The notes below the pieces were generated by a model. That model saw nothing but the letters and a program-made list of their open reading frames with translations, was not told the DNA's origin and did not search any database. Made by a program: the position numbers and the translations under genes. Source: Candidatus Levyibacteriota bacterium (GTDB lineage: Bacteria > Patescibacteriota > Microgenomatia > Levybacterales > UBA12049). Taken from it: a stretch of 64,000 bases of DNA. Shown piece after piece: positions 38,268 through 45,937 of this stretch (positions within the stretch are counted from its first letter, which is position 1; each line of letters begins with the position of its first letter). The stretch is taken from NCBI GenBank assembly GCA_963716145.1, contig OY970292.1, positions 469,171 to 533,170 on the forward strand, read 5' to 3'.

Positions 38268-39881
38268 ATGTCATATATTACCAAAACTCTACCAATTCCA
38301 AGCTTAAAATCAGGCTACTATACTCCTTTGCTGTTAAGTGAAAATCCAAGAGGTAAAAGCATTGAGGAGACAGCTAGCGATATTCATACACTTCTCACAA
38401 AAGTTTTTGATCGAAGACCAATACTGCGTCATGTCGTAGAGAAATACGGTTCAATGACCACCTATGAGATTTCTAGAGCTTATGCAAAAAACCCTCATAT
38501 TTCAACAAACAAAACACGGCAAAATGAGTTTATAAAAGTATTTGAAGAAGAATGCGCGGCAATTCTAGGCTCAGTTGTCGCTCATAGCGCGGCAAAGCAG
38601 CTTACCAAGTGCTATTCCCTCTCTACCACTGAACACCACGCCCCGATAACCCATCCTAACTATCTAAACAGCAGTATGCAGGAATCAATCTACCAGGCAG
38701 ATGAAGCAAACTTTGACTTAGAAAATATTATTGTGCTTGCGTGTTCTAATATCTCGTTTGATAATTATGCTATCCCAAGAGGATTGCTGTTCAATAGCTT
38801 TATAAATGGAAAAGCAAGCCTGAACCAGCTGGTCTTTTTCCCAAGAAACGTAAGACCATACCCAGTATATAATCACCCCGCTTACAACGATAAGTCTATT
38901 CAGGATGCAAAAATCCGCATCGATTCGTGGCTAAGAGAAAAAACTATAAAACCAAAAGACGCGGAAAAGCTATATTATCTGCTTGATGAAATCTATGGAC
39001 AAAAAGATGTCTTAGCTCTTCCCTCCTTCTCTGACCAAATAACCAAAACCAACGCTCTTTTATGGCAAAAGCTTTTCGTAGACAGACGCGCTCCAAATAT
39101 GGTTTATCTGGAACAGGAACGGATCATCAATAAGTTGATAATTAAGCATCATCTTTATGAATCAACTATAGTCAATAAAATTTTACTTGATCCTGCGCAC
39201 CAGGAACTTCTTGAGAAGCATTTTGACGGAATTATGGGTGCTTTTTCTCTTGAAAAAAAATTGGGGACATATCTTTTCTGGGGAATGCCTGCGGGCCAAC
39301 ACTACCGCAAAAAGTTGTGGAAAGCTGGAAACAAACTGGTTGCGGATGACGGATCATATGAAGTTGAACTTACGCCTGAGGCAATTAAAAAAGCAATAGA
39401 GAACAAAGAATTAATTCCAAGCACTATGCTTTCATATATTATACTCAGTTTTTATTATGGCCTGCAGTTAAGAGGCGGCTACAATCAAACCACATATCTA
39501 ACGCTTATGAAAAATGCTTTTGTTAATTTATGCCGCGATCTTAATGACGTTGAAAATTATAAGGCATGTGCTGGAGTTCCCACAAAGAGACTCTCAATGT
39601 ACCGCCCGCTGCTTGCTTTTATTGAATCCGCAACTGGGGATCGCACAACTGCGACAAGCATAGATATTTTTCTCTATGGAGACAAAGATTCACTGGATAT
39701 TATGAAACAAAATGCCAAGAATATTCCATTTAGACATGCATTCTACCGCGCTCTTCCAAGCATTTACCGGCTTGCTTATGGGGAACACGAACAGGATGAA
39801 AAGCTTCTTTCAGTAACTGAGAAAGAAATTAATGCCTTTACGGGCTTTGACAAAAAACTACTTACAATTGCCGCTATTTAG
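38268..39881 (+). CDS. hypothetical protein (537 aa), orphan
   Basis: Long intact ORF preceded by an AT-rich 235-nt intergenic region. No TM segment and no motif I recognise. Confidence 0.5.
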   Translation: MSYITKTLPIPSLKSGYYTPLLLSENPRGKSIEETASDIHTLLTKVFDRRPILRHVVEKYGSMTTYEISRAYAKNPHISTNKTRQNEFIKVFEEECAAILGSVVAHSAAKQLTKCYSLSTTEHHAPITHPNYLNSSMQESIYQADEANFDLENIIVLACSNISFDNYAIPRGLLFNSFINGKASLNQLVFFPRNVRPYPVYNHPAYNDKSIQDAKIRIDSWLREKTIKPKDAEKLYYLLDEIYGQKDVLALPSFSDQITKTNALLWQKLFVDRRAPNMVYLEQERIINKLIIKHHLYESTIVNKILLDPAHQELLEKHFDGIMGAFSLEKKLGTYLFWGMPAGQHYRKKLWKAGNKLVADDGSYEVELTPEAIKKAIENKELIPSTMLSYIILSFYYGLQLRGGYNQTTYLTLMKNAFVNLCRDLNDVENYKACAGVPTKRLSMYRPLLAFIESATGDRTTATSIDIFLYGDKDSLDIMKQNAKNIPFRHAFYRALPSIYRLAYGEHEQDEKLLSVTEKEINAFTGFDKKLLTIAAI

Positions 39882-40419
39882 AAGGATTATTAAGATGCCT
39901 CACCGCTTCGTACAATACAATTCCTAACGAAACCATAACATTCAGACTTATATTTACCCCATACATCGGCAACTCGACAATCTGATCACTCATTTTGAGC
40001 ACTTCTTCGGATACTCCGTCTGTCTCATGCCCGACAACTATCGCGACCGGGAATTTATATTCAACTTTATCATACGGCACAGCCCGCTTATCCAATTCCA
40101 CAGAAATCACCTGCAAATCTTTAATCTTTAATCTTAAATCCTTAATCGCCTCTTTGGCAGTCGGAGAATAGCTCCAATTCACCCACTCTGTCGTATTGAT
40201 TGAAGCTTTCTGGATTCTATGATTTGGTGGGGTTTCGGATCCTTCGCATAAAATCACCTTAGTTGCGGCAATTGCGTCAGCCAAGCGAAAAATAGCACCG
40301 ATATTGTAAGTATCCAGGACATTGTCCAAAACTATATAAATCGGATTTTTCTTGAGCTTTTTTTTCTCCTCTTCGTTAATTGGTGAGTGCCTCAAATCCT
40401 TCGCTGCGAGCTTGATCAT
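39874..40419 (-). CDS. SpoU/TrmH family RNA 2'-O-methyltransferase
   Basis: IYIVLDNVLDTYNIGAIFRLADA ... VVGHETDGVSEEVL ... NISLNVMVSLGIVLYE are the SPOUT class motifs. Contains an in-frame ttaatctttaatcttaaatcc low-complexity block (LRLKIKDLQ). Confidence 0.75.
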   Translation of the reverse strand: MIKLAAKDLRHSPINEEEKKKLKKNPIYIVLDNVLDTYNIGAIFRLADAIAATKVILCEGSETPPNHRIQKASINTTEWVNWSYSPTAKEAIKDLRLKIKDLQVISVELDKRAVPYDKVEYKFPVAIVVGHETDGVSEEVLKMSDQIVELPMYGVNISLNVMVSLGIVLYEAVRHLNNPSK

Positions 40420-40438
40420 GAACGTATTATACTATAAT

Positions 40439-41296
40439 TTATTCTACAACGAGCTCCGGCTCAGTCTTTCTGGCAAAATAAGAAACTGTCAATATTATCA
40501 CTCCCCCAATAAGCATGTTCCATGTTATGCTCTCATTAAGAATCAATACCCCTAAAATAATTGCACCTATAACCTCAACATAGGAAAGAAGAGCAGCGGT
40601 TGATGCTTTTATTTTTTTGAGGGCAGAAAACCATAAAAGAAAAGCGCATATACCAATAATTACCGAATAAACGGATGATATAAATATTTGGCTTATTGTG
40701 GGTAGTGGTGTATTGATAAAAATAAAAGGTAAGAAAATAAATACGCCTAAAAAATTTTGATAAAAAATCATCTCTAATTTAGAGTAACGAATAAGCTGCT
40801 TTTTAAATAAAATAGTGCTAAAAGCTGATAACATAGCTGAGACAAGCATTGCGCTCATGCCGATAAAATCTTTATTTGTAAAAGAAAACTCTTTATCTGC
40901 AAAGACAATAATTATTCCTACAAAAGCTACTAGCAAAAGCAATAATTTTTGCTTAGTAATCCTTTCCTTTAATAGCAAGGCACTGAATACCACTGTAAAT
41001 ATGGGCCAAGTATAAAGAATGATAATCCCGTTACCGATAGAGGTGTGCATAAAACCAAATAACCAAAGAAATATCCGAGCTGAGGTTATTAACGAGAGAA
41101 AAATCGCCATTTTATTGGCAGTACTAAATAAGTTTTTACCTCTGTATATAAAATAAATCAACAAAACTAATGTGGGCACTGTTACTCTGAAAAATGACAT
41201 TGTAGTTGCCGGAAGATTTATAAGTTTTACAAAAATACCGGCGCTTCCCCAAATCAAGGATGCAATTATTACTTCAAAATAAGGATTAATAAGCAC
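40439..41296 (-). CDS. EamA/DMT family transporter
   Basis: About 10 TM helices; duplicated EamA-like halves. Confidence 0.65.
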   Translation of the reverse strand: MLINPYFEVIIASLIWGSAGIFVKLINLPATTMSFFRVTVPTLVLLIYFIYRGKNLFSTANKMAIFLSLITSARIFLWLFGFMHTSIGNGIIILYTWPIFTVVFSALLLKERITKQKLLLLLVAFVGIIIVFADKEFSFTNKDFIGMSAMLVSAMLSAFSTILFKKQLIRYSKLEMIFYQNFLGVFIFLPFIFINTPLPTISQIFISSVYSVIIGICAFLLWFSALKKIKASTAALLSYVEVIGAIILGVLILNESITWNMLIGGVIILTVSYFARKTEPELVVE

Positions 41297-41324
41297 AACT
41301 AATTATAGCATGCAATTTTTTTCT

Positions 41325-41885
41325 TTAATCCTTTTTCATCTTCCACAATGACCTTGGTACCAAAGTAAATGTCGGCAGATCAAAATCCATAATCCTTTTT
41401 AATAATCTGAATCTGCGTAAATCCCATTCATACAGAACATGTGAGAAACATAATCTGGGAAAACAAACAAGGAAATTGCTTGTTACCAAATAGTCTCCCA
41501 ACTCCTGTAATTTGCCCAAGGCCTGCTCTCTATCCTTTATATAACAAAGAATTTCTGAGCATACAATAACATCAAAACGTCTATGTGGATCAAAATCTTC
41601 AAGGCTGGATGTATAGAATTTTGCCCCTTTCACATTCTTTCTGGCTTGCTCAACTGCAGCACTGCTCACATCTATCGCGGTGACATCATCAGATATCTGG
41701 GTCAGCATTTCTGTAAAATGCCCTTGCGCACAGCCAACTTCTAGAATTGACTGATGTGGCGCAAGCTGAATAAGAGAAAGCAATTGCTTGAAGGTCTTCT
41801 TACGGTATGGAAGATAACTTTTCCATGGATCTTCCTTCTTGTTTATTTTTTCTAAGTCGTAATAAACCTTTTCCTGTTCATTCAT
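41325..41885 (-). CDS. class I SAM-dependent methyltransferase
   Basis: Motif I ILEVGCAQGHFTEML; motif II/post-I DVTAIDVSSAAVEQAR. Confidence 0.7.
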   Translation of the reverse strand: MNEQEKVYYDLEKINKKEDPWKSYLPYRKKTFKQLLSLIQLAPHQSILEVGCAQGHFTEMLTQISDDVTAIDVSSAAVEQARKNVKGAKFYTSSLEDFDPHRRFDVIVCSEILCYIKDREQALGKLQELGDYLVTSNFLVCFPRLCFSHVLYEWDLRRFRLLKRIMDFDLPTFTLVPRSLWKMKKD

Positions 41886-41941
41886 GATTAGATTCTAGCA
41901 TAAAGTTTGACATAAATTTAATCTAATGAAATACTAAGGAC

Positions 41942-42610
41942 ATGCCCCTTCCCAAAGCATTTACCACTGTAACTCCTCTTTCTAAAGCTCTGGCTATGAT
42001 TTTATTTATTGCGTTTCCATTCATTGGATTCTACATAGGAATGCAATATCAAAAGATGCTTACCTCGTCGCATTCTTTATCTTCAATCTCCCCTACCCAA
42101 GAAGTACCCTATCAAACAAAAGAGCTGTGTGAATCACAAACCGGCAAAGTTTGTGAATTTAGCATGTGTGACTATGCGCCGGGAGGAGTAAGTCTTGAGG
42201 AGGCATGTGGTGGAAAAATAAAAAAAGGATGGTATCCTATTTCCGAGACCATTAGTTCTCAGCCTACAATTCCCCAGGAATCATTTTGTGGTGGCATAGC
42301 AGGCAAGAAGTGTCCCACAGGCTATACTTGTCAGATTACCGACCGCTACCCTGATGCAGGAGGAAAGTGTGTAACTGCGCCTCCATTGCCAAATTGCACT
42401 CACCATGTTCCAATTGGTCAGACTGGAAGTATTCCTCCAAGCTATATCTACCCGACTCTCCCGCCTGGCGGAAGCTATTGTCCGGATACCAAGCCAGATC
42501 CACCAAATGATGGTGTAGCTTGCACCCAAGAAGCCAAGACCTGTTCTGATGGATCATACGTGAGTCGCACAGGTCCAAACTGCGAATTCGCTACGTGCCC
42601 GGGTAATTAA
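41942..42610 (+). CDS. secreted Cys-rich hypothetical protein
   Basis: Signal/TM segment. About 16 Cys in paired CxxxxC arrangement. No family recognised. Confidence 0.45.
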   Translation: MPLPKAFTTVTPLSKALAMILFIAFPFIGFYIGMQYQKMLTSSHSLSSISPTQEVPYQTKELCESQTGKVCEFSMCDYAPGGVSLEEACGGKIKKGWYPISETISSQPTIPQESFCGGIAGKKCPTGYTCQITDRYPDAGGKCVTAPPLPNCTHHVPIGQTGSIPPSYIYPTLPPGGSYCPDTKPDPPNDGVACTQEAKTCSDGSYVSRTGPNCEFATCPGN

Positions 42611-42651
42611 TTTCCTTGACAACCATTCCCGCTGCGTGAAATACTGATTAG

Positions 42652-43686
42652 ATGGATACTCAAACACCGACCACACCTAAATCTCAATCCCCTGCTCCAG
42701 CAACTTCCGAGCAGCCAAAGAAACCCTACGGCAGGAATTGGAGTAAGTTAATTTTAATTTATTTAGCTATTGGAGCAGTACTTTATGCTGGAGTTTACTA
42801 TTTTGTATTGGCCAAACAAAGCTTAAACCCCTATTCGCAGCCAGTTAACAAAGCACATATTTCACCTAGCGCGGTATCAGATCCAGCTGCAAATTGGAAA
42901 ACATATAAAGATTCTGATTTTACTTTTAACTATCCCCTGAACTGGACTTTGCAAAAGGAAACGTTAACATCTGTGTCTGACCCCAACCCAAATAGTAGCG
43001 ATACCGCAGTTGTAAATTTTGATATCTCCAAAAGCTATAAAACAAATAATGACTATATAAATAGTGACTATATAAAATCTTTTAATCCCAAATATAAAAA
43101 TGTCACGATAAATGGTTTGCCTGCAATTGCAGCAATACGAAGTGGTGGAGGCCAATCACTTTCATCTATTGCTTATTTTGTTGTTCACAACGGTCAGGGA
43201 TATGAAATACGTTATGTTTTAAACTTAAATCTGAGTAAGCAAATAGATGCTAAGACAATTACTGACATAACTCAGCTGCCCCCGATTACTCCAGACATCC
43301 TCCAAACCTTCAAATTCACAGAAGCAAAACAAAATTTGCCAATACCAACTGTCAGCATCTCATCACCATATAAAACTATTCCAACGGGCAATACTTCTCC
43401 GTCTGGATCATTTGTAGTTGCCGAAGATAATACAAGAGGAAGTAATTTATTAACAGTTAAAAACGCGCAGGGAGCTGAGATTACAAATGATTTGTACCTT
43501 GATAACAAGGATGCGATTGGATATGGTGTGAAATTTGGCTGTCAATGCGGATTACACTTTAGAGGTTGGTTAAGCAATAAACAATTTGTTATATATATTA
43601 ATAATGGTATCGGGGAAGAATATGAATATTTAGTTGACGCTCAAACAGGAAAGGTCAATGAATCAACATTTAGGAGAGTGAAATAA
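42652..43686 (+). CDS. hypothetical membrane-anchored extracytoplasmic protein
   Basis: Pro/Thr-rich N-terminus and a TM helix. Extracellular domain with FNYPLNW ... YEIRY motifs paralogous to 13589 and 22311. Confidence 0.45.
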   Translation: MDTQTPTTPKSQSPAPATSEQPKKPYGRNWSKLILIYLAIGAVLYAGVYYFVLAKQSLNPYSQPVNKAHISPSAVSDPAANWKTYKDSDFTFNYPLNWTLQKETLTSVSDPNPNSSDTAVVNFDISKSYKTNNDYINSDYIKSFNPKYKNVTINGLPAIAAIRSGGGQSLSSIAYFVVHNGQGYEIRYVLNLNLSKQIDAKTITDITQLPPITPDILQTFKFTEAKQNLPIPTVSISSPYKTIPTGNTSPSGSFVVAEDNTRGSNLLTVKNAQGAEITNDLYLDNKDAIGYGVKFGCQCGLHFRGWLSNKQFVIYINNGIGEEYEYLVDAQTGKVNESTFRRVK

Positions 43687-43687
43687 A

Positions 43688-45919
43688 TTAACTGCTTTGG
43701 AGTTTTACATTTTTGCTTTCTTTCGCTTCCGAGCTCTTGTTAATTTCTTCAAGTTTCCATGCCGCGAAGTCGCACTTCGGATAGTTCGCACAGCCATAGA
43801 ATTTGCGGCCTTTTCTGGTTTTGCGAATAATTACTTTCCCTCCGTCTTTTGGACACAAAACATTGGTCTCCTCAACAAAAGTTTTGGTGTATTTACATTC
43901 AGGAAATCTGCTGCATGAGAAAAATTTGCCAAATTTTCCGTGTCTTATCACAACCGGTGCACCGCACTCAGGACATTTTTCATCTGTTGCTTCTGTGGCT
44001 ATCGCTACCCGCACCGATCCTTCTGCCTCCTCAACCGCTTTCTCAAAAGGCGTGTAAAAATCCTTCATCATCTTGACCCATTGTACTTTTCCGCTTGCAA
44101 CATCATCCAGCTGTTCCTCCATCGAAGCGGTGAAGGGAATATCATCAATTGTTGAAAAATTGGCGACCAGAAAATCATTCACCGACATCCCAATTGGCGT
44201 GGGGACAAACTTTTTTTCAATCCGTTCAACATAAGCACGATCCACGAGGGTTGAAATAATGGAGGCATAAGTTGAAGGCCTGCCAATCCCCTTTTCCTCA
44301 AGAGTTCCGATAATTGACGCCTCATTGTATCTTGGAGGGGGAAGCGTTTCATGCTGCTCAAAACGCGCTTTAATTAGATCGAGTAACTCTTTTGCTAAAA
44401 ATTTTGGCAATTGATTATCTTTAAGCGCCTGGGGATTTAACTTCAAAAATCCGTCAAAGACCAAAACCGAACCAGCTGCTTTAAGTCGATATTTCGGAAC
44501 ACTCGGAAAACTCGGTGTATCAGTGTTTCTGACTTTCTGATCATCAGATTGTCTGACAGACTGGATTTCTGAGTGTTCGGAGTTTTCTGAAATTGCATCA
44601 ACTAAAACTGAAGTGGATTCGACAATAGCATCCGCCATCTGCGAGGACACTGCCCTCCTCCAAATCAAATCGTATAGCTTTGCATAATCTTTCCCGAGTT
44701 CATTCTGAACTATGAATTCTGAATTCTGAACCTTGGTGGGCCTGATTCCCTCATGGGCCTCCTGCGCGTTTTTCTGTTTGCCAGAAAAAATACGGGGTGC
44801 TTCGGGTAAGTATTTTTTCCCATATTCTTTTTCAACAAACGCTCTGAACTGGGAGATCGCGGCTTTTGAAATCGCTATTGAATCTGTTCTGTGATAAGTG
44901 ATGAAGCCTTCTTCATAAAGTTTTTGGGCAAGACTCATCGTCCGTTTTCCGGGAAATCCAAAGCGCCTGGATGCCTCTTGCTGAAGAGTTGAAGTTGTAA
45001 AAACAGGTCCCGGACTTCTCTTTGCTTGTTTTTGCACAACATCTGAAACTGTGAAATTGTTCTTTTCAAGATCGCGGGTAATCTCCTGAGCCCTTTTTTC
45101 ACTATCAATAGTTGTTCTTGTGACATTATATTCACCATCATAAAGTTCAAATTTTTCTTTTGCTTCGATCTTGCTGCCATTAATCTCAACCAGCTCAAAA
45201 TCTGTTCCTTCTTTGCCCAGAACACTCGGAAAACTCGGTCCGCCGGATTGTCTGATTGTCGGAGTATCAGAATCGCCGGATTTCTGAGTATTCTGAGTTT
45301 TCTGAGAAGAAACCAAGGTAGCATGAACTGTAAAATATGATTTCTTTGCAAATTTCTCAATCTCCCGCTCCCGCTCAACAATCATCCGTAGTGCAACGCT
45401 TTGTACACGCCCTGCTGACAAACCCCGGCGTACCTTTTTCCAGAGTAATGGCGACAATTCATAACCAACTAAACGATCCAAAACCCGCCTTGCAGTCTGC
45501 GCCTCAACCAAATTCATGTCAACTTCCCGTGGATTATCCAGGGCTTCTTTAATTGCCGATTCCGTAATTTCATGAAAAGCTATCCGCCTAAACTTTGAAC
45601 TTTGAACTTTGAACTTTGAACTTGAGAGGAGCACATCTCTGATGTGCGACGCGATAGCCTCCCCTTCGCGGTCCGGATCTGTTGCCAAAATTATCTTATC
45701 AGCCGATTTAGCAAGGGATTTTAGTTCAGCAATTAGTTTTTTCTTATCTGCAATTACTTCATAAAGCGGTGTAAAGTTGTGCTCAATATCGATTCCCATC
45801 TTGCTTTTGGGCAAATCCATGACATGACCCATTGAGAATTTGATCTCATAATCCTTCCCGAGGAATTTGCTAATTGTTCGGGCTTTAGTGGGTGATTCGA
45901 CAATTACTAAACTTTTCAT
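43688..45919 (-). CDS. topA: DNA topoisomerase I with three in-frame repeat-element insertions
   Basis: TOPRIM start MKSLVIVESPTKARTISKFLGKDYEIKFSMGHVMDLP. Catalytic region ...GFITYHRTDS. C-terminal Zn ribbons CPECGAPVVIRHGKFGKFFSCSRFPEC / CPKDGG...YGCANYPKC. Insertions are at aa 100-110 (SKFKVQSSKF), 203-233 and 440-476. Confidence 0.9.
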   Translation of the reverse strand: MKSLVIVESPTKARTISKFLGKDYEIKFSMGHVMDLPKSKMGIDIEHNFTPLYEVIADKKKLIAELKSLAKSADKIILATDPDREGEAIASHIRDVLLSSSKFKVQSSKFRRIAFHEITESAIKEALDNPREVDMNLVEAQTARRVLDRLVGYELSPLLWKKVRRGLSAGRVQSVALRMIVEREREIEKFAKKSYFTVHATLVSSQKTQNTQKSGDSDTPTIRQSGGPSFPSVLGKEGTDFELVEINGSKIEAKEKFELYDGEYNVTRTTIDSEKRAQEITRDLEKNNFTVSDVVQKQAKRSPGPVFTTSTLQQEASRRFGFPGKRTMSLAQKLYEEGFITYHRTDSIAISKAAISQFRAFVEKEYGKKYLPEAPRIFSGKQKNAQEAHEGIRPTKVQNSEFIVQNELGKDYAKLYDLIWRRAVSSQMADAIVESTSVLVDAISENSEHSEIQSVRQSDDQKVRNTDTPSFPSVPKYRLKAAGSVLVFDGFLKLNPQALKDNQLPKFLAKELLDLIKARFEQHETLPPPRYNEASIIGTLEEKGIGRPSTYASIISTLVDRAYVERIEKKFVPTPIGMSVNDFLVANFSTIDDIPFTASMEEQLDDVASGKVQWVKMMKDFYTPFEKAVEEAEGSVRVAIATEATDEKCPECGAPVVIRHGKFGKFFSCSRFPECKYTKTFVEETNVLCPKDGGKVIIRKTRKGRKFYGCANYPKCDFAAWKLEEINKSSEAKESKNVKLQSS
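44499..44590. mobile_element. palindromic dispersed element, copy C, in frame inside topA (adds ...SENSEHSEIQSVRQSDDQKVRNTDTPSFPSV...)
   Basis: cactcggaaaactcgg ... ctgatcatcag ... atttctgagtgttcggagttttctga. Same terminal words as copies A and B. Confidence 0.6.
45224..45309. mobile_element. palindromic dispersed element, copy B, in frame inside topA (adds VSSQKTQNTQKSGDSDTPTIRQSGGPSFPSV)
   Basis: cactcggaaaactcggtccgccggattgtctgattgtcggagtatcagaatcgccggatttctgagtattctgagttttctgag. Confidence 0.6.
45591..45623. repeat. 33-nt tandem heptamer block (AACTTTG)x4+AACTT in frame in topA; identical to 7533-7565
   Basis: Read directly from the sequence. Confidence 0.9.
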
Positions 45920-45937
45920 AATGCTTTCAAGTGTAGC

